This document shows, one piece after another, positions 37,407-46,900 of a DNA stretch of 49,795 nt. Made by a program: the position numbers and the translations under genes. Under the pieces are notes generated by a model. That model did no database searches and was not told the DNA's origin. It saw nothing but the letters and a program-made list of their open reading frames with translations. Location of the stretch: NCBI GenBank assembly GCA_947627335.1, contig CANQVQ010000001.1, positions 1-49,795 on the forward strand. Direction: 5' to 3'. Origin of the DNA: an uncultured Clostridia bacterium. Lineage in GTDB: Bacteria > Bacillota > Clostridia > Oscillospirales > CAG-382. Numbering within the stretch: position 1 is the stretch's first letter; every line of letters starts with the position of its first letter.

Positions 37407-40400
37407 GTGCGCGGGTGGAAAAAACACGAAACCGGGATCATTCTGCTGCTTGCGGTGGGTCTGCTTGCCGTCGTCGCCGTCGGTCTGGCGGTCGATCGGT
37501 ACCGCACCGTGACGGACGTCGTTCCGGGGAATGCGGAGGAAGTGGACCTGCTTATCACGGAGGTCTGTGCGAAGAACACGTCCATTGTGGAGGACGGCGG
37601 CGGGAAGCACGCCGATTATATCGAAATTTACAATCGCGGGGACGACTGCGACCTCGAGGGCTTTACCCTCTCCGACGGCAAGCAGAATTCCGAGCCGTTC
37701 GGTCCGACGCCGTTCGCGAGCGGGGAATACAAGGTCTTTTTCGTCGGGCGGGAGAGCATGGGATTCTCCCTTTCCGCGTCGGGCGGGGAGACGATCACGC
37801 TTCGCAACCGCGACGGGACCGTTGCGGCGCAGGTGACGACGGTCTCCATGCTGGAGGACCAGGTCATGCTCTGGAACGGGGCGGGCTACGAGCTTTCCGA
37901 CGCTCCTTCCCCCGGTTTCCCGAACACGAAAGAGGGCAGCCTCGCGTTTCTGCAGGGCGAGCCGGACGAAAACCCGTCCGTGACCGTCAGCGAGCTGCTG
38001 GTCAGCAATCGAAGCTCGCTGCCGGATGAAAACGGCGTCTTTTGCGACGTCGTGGAGCTTTGCAACCTGACGGACGCGCCGGTTTCGCTGGGCGGGTACT
38101 ACCTGTCCGACCGAAAGGAGAACCGCTTCCGCTACGCCCTGCCGTCGGTGACGCTGCCGGTCGGCGGATACCTCGTCGTGTTCTGCGACAGCGGTTCGGC
38201 GGTCCCGTCGGACGGGCAGCCGCACACGGGTTTCGGGCTTTCCGTCGGAGAAACGCTGTATTTGACCTCGCCGAGCGGAAAATATGTGTCGGTCGAGGTG
38301 CCGAGCCTGCCGGACGACCGTTCGCTCTCGCTGACGGACGGCGGCTACGCCGAAAGCCCGGTCACGCTGGGCTTCCCCAACGACGAAACCGGGGAAGCGG
38401 CGTTCCTGAACGGCCGCATCGATGCGGATTCCCCGCTGGTCATCAGCGAACTGCTGCTCGCGGGGGACGGCACGCCGGTCGGCGGTGCGCTTTGCGACGC
38501 GGTCGAGATCTATAACCGTTCCGCCGAGTCGGTGGACGCGTCCGCCTGGCATTTGACCGACGGCGAGGACCTGCTCCGTTACACGCTGCCCGCACGCACG
38601 CTTGCGCCCGGGGAATACCTCGTGCTGTACTGCGACCGGCAGAGCGGAGAGGGGCATACGGGCTTCGGGCTGTCCGTCGGGGAGACGGTGCGGCTGGTCT
38701 GCCCGGATTTTCGGTACAGCGAACCTGTGACCTGCGTTTCCGCCGGGGACGGCAAGTCCCTGCGGCGGGAGGAGGACGGCGGCGAAGTCGCCTACCGTTC
38801 CGGCGAGGTCACGATGGGCTTTGCGAATACGGAGGACGGCGCGAAGCAGTTCGCCGCGTCCGTTTCGCCGGCGGAGCTGCGCATTTCGGAGGCGCTCGCC
38901 AGCAACACCAAAACCCTGAAAGGTCCGTACGGGACCTGCTGCGACTGGGTGGAGCTGTGCAACGTTTCCGATCAGCCCATCGACCTTTCGGGGTGGTACC
39001 TGTCCGACGACCCGGACGAACTGCGGCAGGGGGCGCTCCCCGCCCAGACGGTCGAACCGGGCGAATATTTCGTGGTATTCCTGAGCAAAACGACCGAAAA
39101 CCTGCTTTCCGGCTACCCGGTCCTGCCGTTTGCGCTCTCCTCGGAGGGCGATCGGCTCTACCTGTCGCACGAGAGCGGCGGGACGCTGACCGTGGCGGAC
39201 AGCGTCGTGCTTCCCGGTCTGCCCGCGGACGTTTCCTACGGTCGCCCGCAGGGGGAGGACGGGTTTTCCGCCCTCGCCGAACCCTCTCCCGGGAGCGCGA
39301 ACGGCGGGTCTGCCGCGCTGTCTGCCGCGCCGACCGCCGTGACCGCGCAGGGCGTCTATAACGGCGTCGACGGGCTGGACGTGGTGCTGACCGGGTCCGG
39401 TCCCATTCATTACACGCTCGACTGCTCCGAACCGACGGTTTCTTCGCCGGTGTTCGACGGGAGCATTCGCCTGACGAAAACCACGGTCGTCCGTGCGATC
39501 TGCTGCGAACCGGGCAAGATGCCCAGCCGCACCGTCGATCTGACCTACCTGCTCAACGAGGGGCATACCCTCCCGGTCGCGACGCTGGTGACGACGCCGG
39601 AGAACCTGTGGGATTACTACACGGGCATCTATGTGGAGGGACCGGGCGCGGAAGCGGAATTTCCGCACGTCGGGGCGAATTACTGGCAGACGTGGGAGAA
39701 GGAAGCGACGGTTTCGCTGTTCGAGACGGACGGAAGCGGATTCACCTCCCCCTGCGGGATCCGCATCTTCGGGGCGTACTCCCGTGCGTTGGCGATGAAG
39801 TCGTTTTCCTGCTTTTTTCGGGCGTCCTACGGGAATTCCGCCCTGCGGTACCCGCTGTTCGGGGAGGACGGGTTGGACACATACGAAGCGTTTCTGTTCC
39901 GCAACACCGGGCAGGACTATGCCAAGGCGCGTATGCGCGACCCCCTGCTTGCCGACCTCATTTCGCGGGAAACCGACGTCGCGGTCCAGAAGAACCGCCC
40001 GGTCGTGCTCTATCTGAACGGCGAATTCTGGGGGGTTTACTACATTCGGGAAAAGATCAACGAAAATTACGTCGCCGGGAACTACAACGTCGATCAGGAG
40101 CAGGTCGATCTGACCCGTGCCAACGGCACGACCAGCAAGGCGTATCAGGAATTGATCGCCTATGTGCGCGGACACAATCTTTCCGATCAGGAAGCGTACG
40201 ATTACGTCGCTTCGCAGGTGGACATCGACGAGTATATCGATTACATCATCGCGGAGATCTACATCGCCAACACCGACAACGGCAACATCAAGTTCTTCCG
40301 TGTGACCGGGGGCAAGTGGACGTGGATCTTCTACGACGTCGACCAGTCCTTCCGCTCGGCGGACTTCAACACGGTCGCCGAACACCTCAACCCGAACGGC

Positions 40401-40736
40401 ACCGGCTCGATGGACCGGTTTTCGACCACCCTGATCAACGGGCTTCTGCGCAATTCCGGCTTTCGCGAGCAGTTTTTGCGCCGATTCGCGTGGCAGATGA
40501 CGAACGTGTGGGCGGCGGACAAGGTGGTCGCCGCCGTCGACGCGTACGAGCAGGCGATCCTGCCGGAGATGCGGCGGGACTGCGAGCGCTGGGATCTGAG
40601 CTTTTCGGATTGGCAGGCGCAGGTCGAGGGCGTGCGCAGCTTCGCACGGCGGCGCGGACAGTACGTTCTTTCCCATTTGAAGGCGTATTTTTCGCTTTCG
40701 GAGGACGATCTGCGGACATACGGGTTCCCCGTTTGA
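37407..40736 (+). CDS. Membrane-anchored CotH-family atypical kinase with four lamin-tail (LTD) domains
   Basis: Start placed at GTG 37407 (GGAGGGAGG 10 nt upstream; the ORF track begins at TTG 37368). N-terminal TM anchor. Four LTD repeats of the form I[ST]E...D[YWV][IV]E[IL][YC]N...LSD, a CHB_HEX_C-like domain, and a C-terminal CotH region from about 39570. Confidence 0.85.
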   Translation: MRGWKKHETGIILLLAVGLLAVVAVGLAVDRYRTVTDVVPGNAEEVDLLITEVCAKNTSIVEDGGGKHADYIEIYNRGDDCDLEGFTLSDGKQNSEPFGPTPFASGEYKVFFVGRESMGFSLSASGGETITLRNRDGTVAAQVTTVSMLEDQVMLWNGAGYELSDAPSPGFPNTKEGSLAFLQGEPDENPSVTVSELLVSNRSSLPDENGVFCDVVELCNLTDAPVSLGGYYLSDRKENRFRYALPSVTLPVGGYLVVFCDSGSAVPSDGQPHTGFGLSVGETLYLTSPSGKYVSVEVPSLPDDRSLSLTDGGYAESPVTLGFPNDETGEAAFLNGRIDADSPLVISELLLAGDGTPVGGALCDAVEIYNRSAESVDASAWHLTDGEDLLRYTLPARTLAPGEYLVLYCDRQSGEGHTGFGLSVGETVRLVCPDFRYSEPVTCVSAGDGKSLRREEDGGEVAYRSGEVTMGFANTEDGAKQFAASVSPAELRISEALASNTKTLKGPYGTCCDWVELCNVSDQPIDLSGWYLSDDPDELRQGALPAQTVEPGEYFVVFLSKTTENLLSGYPVLPFALSSEGDRLYLSHESGGTLTVADSVVLPGLPADVSYGRPQGEDGFSALAEPSPGSANGGSAALSAAPTAVTAQGVYNGVDGLDVVLTGSGPIHYTLDCSEPTVSSPVFDGSIRLTKTTVVRAICCEPGKMPSRTVDLTYLLNEGHTLPVATLVTTPENLWDYYTGIYVEGPGAEAEFPHVGANYWQTWEKEATVSLFETDGSGFTSPCGIRIFGAYSRALAMKSFSCFFRASYGNSALRYPLFGEDGLDTYEAFLFRNTGQDYAKARMRDPLLADLISRETDVAVQKNRPVVLYLNGEFWGVYYIREKINENYVAGNYNVDQEQVDLTRANGTTSKAYQELIAYVRGHNLSDQEAYDYVASQVDIDEYIDYIIAEIYIANTDNGNIKFFRVTGGKWTWIFYDVDQSFRSADFNTVAEHLNPNGTGSMDRFSTTLINGLLRNSGFREQFLRRFAWQMTNVWAADKVVAAVDAYEQAILPEMRRDCERWDLSFSDWQAQVEGVRSFARRRGQYVLSHLKAYFSLSEDDLRTYGFPV

Positions 40737-40755
40737 ACCGGAAAGGAGCATTCGC

Positions 40756-41430
40756 GTGGCAACCAGACACGAGGAGAAGTTCCTCATTGACTACCGGCAG
40801 TACGTCCTGCTCCGCAGCCGTGCGGAAGCGGCGATGCGACCGGACGAACACGCCCCGGACGGGAGCTACCTGATCACGTCCCTCTACTACGACGACCGGC
40901 GGGACAGTGCGCTGGACGAAAAGCTGGACGGCGTGCGGGTGCATACGAAGTACCGCGTGCGGACCTACGGCGCGGACGGGGATTTCATCCGGCTGGAACG
41001 CAAGGTCAAGCGTGGGATCATGACCGAAAAGCACAGCACGTCCCTGCGAAGGGAGCAGATCTCCCTGTTGAGCGACCCGGCGACGGCGCTCGAAACCTTC
41101 TCCGGGCGGGGATTGGTCATGGCGGCGGATATGCGGTCGCGTGGGCTGCTGCCGTCCGTGACCGTCCGCTACCGGCGGGACGCGTTCGTCTATCCCGGGA
41201 CCGACACCCGCCTGACGTTCGACACGCATATCGAGGTGCTTCCGCCGACGGAAGACCATCTGTTCGATTCGTCCGGCGCGGGCATTCCCGCCCTGCCGCC
41301 GCAAACCGTGGTGATGGAGGTCAAGTACGGGGAGTACCTGCCCGCGTTCGTGCGGAAGCTCAGCGCCGTCTGCGGCGGGATGCAGCTTTCCGTTTCCAAA
41401 TATGCGCTTTGCCGGACCGTCTGGCACTGA
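40756..41430 (+). CDS. VTC-domain (triphosphate-tunnel / polyphosphate-polymerase-like) protein
   Basis: 224 aa. GTG start with GAAAGGAG 7 nt upstream. N-terminal RHEEKF (R-x-E-x-K tunnel strand), YYDD, and RxRxY strands typical of the VTC/CYTH fold. Confidence 0.8.
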   Translation: MATRHEEKFLIDYRQYVLLRSRAEAAMRPDEHAPDGSYLITSLYYDDRRDSALDEKLDGVRVHTKYRVRTYGADGDFIRLERKVKRGIMTEKHSTSLRREQISLLSDPATALETFSGRGLVMAADMRSRGLLPSVTVRYRRDAFVYPGTDTRLTFDTHIEVLPPTEDHLFDSSGAGIPALPPQTVVMEVKYGEYLPAFVRKLSAVCGGMQLSVSKYALCRTVWH

Positions 41431-41457
41431 ATCTGAAGAGAAAGGAATACAATCGTC

Positions 41458-42126
41458 ATGAGTTTTGCGGATACGATCAAAAAAAGCGTTCTGGAGGGGT
41501 TCCAAACGGACATCAGCGCGGCCCGCGTGGTGCTGTCGCTGCTGTTTTCCCTGGTCGCGGCGCTCTTTATCCTGCTTGTCTACCGTCTGACGATGCGGGG
41601 CATCGCCGCCAGCCGCGGTTACGAGATCACCCTGCTTCTGGTGACGTCGATCAGCGCCATGATCGTGCTGACGATCACGTCCAACCTCGCGCTGTCGCTC
41701 GGCATGGTCGGCGCGCTCTCCATCGTGCGCTTCCGCACGGCGCTGAAGGAATCGTCGGACACGGCGTTCATGTTCTGGTGCGTCGCCGCGGGGATCACGT
41801 CCGGGGCGGGCTTCTACCTGATCACGCTTATCGGCTGCCTGTTCATCGGACTGGTCGCGCTCATTGCGTCGCGGCTGACCCGCAACGGGGCGCGCCCGTA
41901 TCTGCTCGTGATCCGCACGGAAGCGGAAAACACGGCGGCAAGCGTCGAAAAACTGCTCGCGGAGAACCACGTCCGCCGTCGCCTTTCCTCCCTTGTGCAG
42001 AACGACCGCTACGCGGAAATCATCTACGAGATCAGCGTTTCCGCCGCCCAGCAGCGTCTGGTCGCCGCCGTCCGTACCCTGCCGGGCGTGACGACGGTCT
42101 CCCTCGTGGATTGCCGGAATTCCTGA
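41458..42126 (+). CDS. DUF4956-family integral membrane protein
   Basis: 222 aa with about 4 TM segments and an SIVRFRTALKESSDTAFMF motif that I associate with DUF4956. It is the usual partner of bacterial VTC-domain genes. Confidence 0.75.
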   Translation: MSFADTIKKSVLEGFQTDISAARVVLSLLFSLVAALFILLVYRLTMRGIAASRGYEITLLLVTSISAMIVLTITSNLALSLGMVGALSIVRFRTALKESSDTAFMFWCVAAGITSGAGFYLITLIGCLFIGLVALIASRLTRNGARPYLLVIRTEAENTAASVEKLLAENHVRRRLSSLVQNDRYAEIIYEISVSAAQQRLVAAVRTLPGVTTVSLVDCRNS

Positions 42127-42148
42127 CGGAAAATTTTCCGTTCGGTGA

Positions 42149-42177
42149 TTGACAGGGTGGGTCCGGCGTGGTATACT
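42149..42177 (+). promoter_or_regulatory. oadB promoter
   Basis: TTGACA-17 nt-TATACT with a TGg extended -10. Confidence 0.7.
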
Positions 42178-42233
42178 AAAAGAAAGGAAATCCAAAACGA
42201 ATCCTGCCGAATGCAGGGAAGGAAGGAAAAACC

Positions 42234-43334
42234 ATGCAGTTTCTCTACGAAACCGCCGCCCAGCTCACATGGCAGCAGTTGGTGATGTTCGTCATCGGCG
42301 GCGTGCTGATTTTCCTTGCGATCAAGAAGGATATGGAGCCGACGCTGCTCCTGCCGCTCGGGTTCGGGACGCTGCTCGTCAACATCCCGAACGTGGACGC
42401 GATCCTGCCGAACGGCGCGCTGACGACGCTCTACAACGCCGGGATCGCCAACGAGCTGTTCCCGCTGCTGCTGTTCATCGGGATCGGCGCGATGATCGAC
42501 TTCGGACCGCTGCTGTCGAACCCGAAGCTGATGCTGTTCGGCGCCGCCGCGCAGTTCGGTATCTTCTTCACGCTCTGCACCGCCTCCATGTTTTTTGACC
42601 TCAAGGACGCCGCCTCCATCGCCGTCATCGGCGCCGCGGACGGACCGACGTCCATCTTCGTCGCCAATACGCTCGGCAGCCAGTACACCGGCGCGATCAT
42701 GGTCGCCGCCTACTCGTATATGGCGCTCGTGCCGATCATTCAGCCGCCGTTCATCCGCCTGCTGACGACCCGCAAGGAGCGCATGATCCGTATGCCGTAC
42801 CAGCCGAAGGAGGTTTCCAAGCGGACGCGGATCCTGTTCCCGATCGGGATCTTCCTGCTGACGGCGCTGGTCGCTCCGTCCGCCGCGTCGCTGGTGTTCT
42901 TCCTGATGTTCGGCAACCTGATCCGTGAATGCGGGGTGCTCAATTCCCTGTCGGAAACGGCGCAGAAGGTGCTCGCGAACCTCGTGACCATCGTGCTGGG
43001 CATCTCCATCGCGACGCAGATGCAGGCGGAGAGCTTCCTGCGCCCGGAAACGCTGCTGATCCTCGGGCTGGGGCTGTTCGCGTTCATCTTCGACACGGTC
43101 GGCGGCGTGCTGTTCGCAAAGTTCCTCAATCTGTTTTTGAAGAAGAAGATCAACCCGATGATCGGTGCGGCGGGCATCTCGGCGTTCCCGATGTCCGGGC
43201 GGATCGTCCACAAGATGGGGCTGAAGGAGGACCCGCAGAACTTTCTGCTGATGCACTCCATCGGCGTCAACGTCTCCGGGCAGATCGCGTCCGTCGTCGC
43301 GGGCGGGCTGATCCTCAGCCTGATCCCGCATTAA
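42234..43334 (+). CDS. Sodium-ion-translocating decarboxylase beta subunit (OadB/GcdB/MmdB family)
   Basis: 366 aa. Motifs IGAADGPTSIF, YSYMALVPIIQPP, NPMIGAAGISAFPMSGR, GVNVSGQIASVVAGG. Confidence 0.9.
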   Translation: MQFLYETAAQLTWQQLVMFVIGGVLIFLAIKKDMEPTLLLPLGFGTLLVNIPNVDAILPNGALTTLYNAGIANELFPLLLFIGIGAMIDFGPLLSNPKLMLFGAAAQFGIFFTLCTASMFFDLKDAASIAVIGAADGPTSIFVANTLGSQYTGAIMVAAYSYMALVPIIQPPFIRLLTTRKERMIRMPYQPKEVSKRTRILFPIGIFLLTALVAPSAASLVFFLMFGNLIRECGVLNSLSETAQKVLANLVTIVLGISIATQMQAESFLRPETLLILGLGLFAFIFDTVGGVLFAKFLNLFLKKKINPMIGAAGISAFPMSGRIVHKMGLKEDPQNFLLMHSIGVNVSGQIASVVAGGLILSLIPH

Positions 43335-43348
43335 GGGGGTGCCGTTCA

Positions 43349-43492
43349 TGGAATTTCATCCGCAGTCCTTTTTGGATAATCTGCCCTATTTGGGGAAAGG
43401 GATGCTCGGGATCTTTCTGGTGATGGTCATTCTGATCCTCGCCGTCTGCCTGCTCAACGCGGTCGGCGGTCACAAAGGGAAAAAACCGTAAA
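43349..43492 (+). CDS. OadG-like small single-TM subunit (47 aa, below the ORF-track cutoff)
   Basis: AAGGGGG RBS 8 nt upstream. Sequence MEFHPQSFLDNLPYLGKGMLGIFLVMVILILAVCLLNAVGGHKGKKP, with one TM segment. A terminator follows directly. Confidence 0.55.
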
Positions 43493-43506
43493 AATGCGGC
43501 ACATCG

Positions 43507-43548
43507 ACGGTATGGAGAATCACGCGGTCTCCATGCCGTTCTTTTTTT
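43507..43548 (+). terminator. Intrinsic terminator after oadB/oadG
   Basis: 12-bp stem ACGGTATGGAGA/TCTCCATGCCGT (one G:U pair), 9-nt loop, then TCTTTTTTT. Confidence 0.85.
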
Positions 43549-43757
43549 GCGGCTTCCGCCGGAGCGGATCGATAAATATGTCGAAACGTGCCGGAACGCG
43601 GCGAGGGAGCGTCCGCCGCCGGAAAACGGGGCGAGCCGACCGCACAAAGGGGAATTTTGCGGAGAAATCGCATATAAAATTCGTTCAGAAAAACAATTTA
43701 ACGTCAGATTGCACAATCTGCAGAGGGAAATTTCGCCATATTTTGTTCGTCAAAGCA

Positions 43758-43786
43758 TTGACATTTATTTTACATTTTTGTATAAT
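43758..43786 (+). promoter_or_regulatory. Promoter of the S8 protease gene
   Basis: TTGACA-17 nt-TATAAT in an AT-rich island. Predicts a leader of about 190 nt. Confidence 0.65.
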
Positions 43787-43985
43787 GATTTTTAACATGG
43801 GGAGAAGTATTCTAACTGCCGCCCGGGAGCGGGCGAAGGATGCTGTTTTTCGGTGTAGGAAGGGTCCGGGTCGCCGTTTTTTCGGATCGAGGAGACGATG
43901 CGAAAGCGGCGGAACGGGGATTTTCCGACGGAGGCTCCGCTGCCTTTCGGAGCGTCCGAAAAAAGTGTCGGAAAGGAAGGAATTT

Positions 43986-46900
43986 ATGAGCAAGTTCAGC
44001 ACAACCAAGAGATGGATCGCATTGCTGATGGCTATCGCTATGCTGACGGGCATTCCGATCGCTACCGGCGCATTTTCCGCGAAAGCGGATTCCCTGCGGT
44101 TCACGGAAACCGACGTCATGCCGGAGATCCACAAGGGTCTGGGCAATCTGCTGCCCGACGCCCCGCTTGCGCAGGAACCGGCGCCGGACGACGTGGTCCG
44201 TGTATCGATCGTTCTGGAGGATACACCCACGCTGCAGAAGAAGTATTCCACCATCGGCATCGCGGAAAACGCGGAGGCGATGGCGTATAGCGCTTCTCTG
44301 CGCGAGAAGCAGAGTTCGGTGGAAAGCGTTATTCAGCGCGACGTCCTGGAGGGAAAGCAACTGGACGTGGTGTGGAATCTGACGCTTGCCGCCAACATCA
44401 TCTCCGCAAACGTCGCGTACGGCAGGGTCGACGCGATCAAATCCGTTTCCGGCGTCAAGGACGTCGTTTTGGAAACGCAGTATGCGCCTGCGGTGGTGAA
44501 TGACGATCTGCCTGCCGACCCCAACATGGGCACTTCTTCCGCTCAAATCGGTTCTCCTGCCGCTTGGGCCGGGAAGTACTACGGTGCGGGCAGCAAGGTC
44601 GCGATCATCGATACGGGTATCGATACGAACCACCAATCCTTCGACGCGGAGGCGTATGCGTACGCGCTCGAACAGCATGAAGTGACGGAGAAGCAAAAGG
44701 AATCCATGCTGACGGAGGAAGAGGTTCAGACGCTGCTTAGTCAGCTGCATATCGCGAACATTGCCGATCCGGAACGGATCTTCGTTTCCGATAAGATCCC
44801 GTTCGCGTTCAACTATGTGGACGAAAACCACAACATCACCCACGATACCGACGAACAGGGCGAACACGGTTCCCACGTCAGCGGTATCGCTGCGGCAAAC
44901 GCCTATATCCCGCAGGGCGAAGGCTTTGCTCCCGCGTTGGACGCGGTCAAGACGCAGGGCGTTGCGCCCGATGCGCAGATCCTGACCATGAAGGTCTTCG
45001 GGTCCAGCGGCGGCGCCTATGATTCCGACTATATGGTCGCGATCGAGGACGCGATCCTGCTGGGTGCGGATTCCGTCAACCTGTCGTTGGGCTCTGCGGC
45101 GCCCGGTTTCAGCAACAGCGGCATCTATGAGGAAGTCCTCAACGACCTGATGGTCAACAGCGACACGGTCGTCACCATGTCCGCCGGCAACAACGGTTAC
45201 TGGGCGGAAAATTCCGAAGTCGGCAACCTGTTCGGCGACGACGTGAGCTTCCACACCGGCGGTTCGCCCGGAAGCTTCACGAATTCCCTCGCGGTCGCGT
45301 CCGTGGACAACGTCGGTCGTACCGATTATTATGTCCGCGTGGGCGACGACATGGTTTTCTATACCGATACCAACGCCAACTACAGCAAACCCGGTCTGGC
45401 GTCCATCGCCGGCGACGAGGCGTATCCGTTCGTCTACCTCGACACGGTCGGTATCCATACGCAGGCGCTCGGTTCGCTGACGAGGACGCTTGAGAACCAG
45501 CTCGAAAAGCTGGATGCGCAGTTGATCGCGAACGGCGACGCGGACGGTCTGGAAGGCAAGGTCGTCCTTGTCAACCGTGGTATTTCCAGCTTCGCGCTCA
45601 AGTGCTCCGCCGCTGCGACGCTCGGCGCTGCCGCCGTGATCATCGTGGACAATGCGCCGGGCAGCACCATCAACATGGATCTGACCGATTACACCGGTCA
45701 GGTGCCCGCCGTTGCCATTTCCATGGAGGACGGCGAACTGTTCCGTGCCGGCGGCATTGCCGGAACGGTCGGCGTTCTGTATGACAACACCGGTGCGAGC
45801 AGCCCGTGGGATGCGCCCTACTACACCGGCGAACTCTACATTTCCGCGGAAGTCGGCTCCACCGACAGCGAAGCGGACCCGGATAATCGCTACACGATGT
45901 CCAGCTTCTCCTCCTGGGGCGTTCCCGGCTCTCTGGTCATGAAGCCCGAGATCACCGCTCCCGGCGGAAACATCTATTCCGTCAACGGCGCGGTCGCCAG
46001 CGGCGACGCGTACGAGAATATGTCCGGTACCTCCATGGCGGCGCCGCAGGTGACCGGTATGGTGGCGGTCGTTGCGCAGTACATCCGCGAGAACGAGGCG
46101 AAGTTTGAAAACGTGGATTTCGCGCAACGTCGCGCACTGATCAACAGCCTGCTGATGTCCACTTCCACGCCGGTCATCGCGGAGGACGGCAGCTACTACT
46201 CCATTCTCAGCCAAGGCTCCGGTCTTGCCAACGTCGGTGCGGCGATCCAGGCGCAGGCGGTCATCCAAATGGCGGACGACGCTACGGCGTCCTATGCCGA
46301 CGGCAAGGTCAAAGTCGAACTCGGCGACGACCCGACGAAGGAAGGCATCTACTCGTATTCGTTCCGGATCACCAACGTGGGCGATTCGGACGGCGACTAT
46401 GTGCTCTCCACCGATATGTTCACGCAGGATCTGTATACCGAATACGGCTACACCTGGCTGGACACCGCGACCACGAAACTGGGCGCGACGGTCAGCTACA
46501 CGGTCGACGGCGAGCCTGTGGCGCAAACGCTGGAAGCCGACTTCAACCTCGACGGCTTGACCGATGCGCGTGACGCGCAGGACCTCCTCGATTACCTTTC
46601 CGGCAACGGCAAGGTCGAGCCTGCGAAGGTCAGCACGACGGCGGCCGATCTGGACGGCGACGGCAAACTGACGACCTACGACGCGCATCTGATCCTTGCC
46701 GGGATCGGCGAGCACGTCAAAGTGGCGGCAGGCGACACCGTCACGGTCGAAGTCACGATCGAAGTGAACAAAGCCCAGCTTTCCGCTTATGAAAACGGTG
46801 CGTACGTCGAAGGTTACACCTTCGTGACCGCCGTCCCGGACGCGGAAGGCGTGCAGGACGTGGAGTATTCCATCCCGATCCTCGGTTTCTACGGGAATTG

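Noticed and set aside
37287-40787. 1166-aa minus-strand ORF
   Set aside because: It is antisense to the CotH gene, which has four recognisable LTD repeats and a CotH domain. The ORF has low-complexity Arg/Gly/Val-rich composition. Shadow ORF.
42127-42140. CGGAAAATTTTCCG palindrome after DUF4956 as a terminator
   Set aside because: It is an AT-rich perfect palindrome with no loop and no following T-run. It may attenuate transcription slightly, but I cannot support it as an intrinsic terminator.
43898-44290. 130-aa plus ORF starting in the protease leader (possible upstream ORF)
   Set aside because: It is out of frame with the protease and overlaps it. GAGGAG is only 3 nt from its ATG. The product is Arg/Gly-rich with no features.
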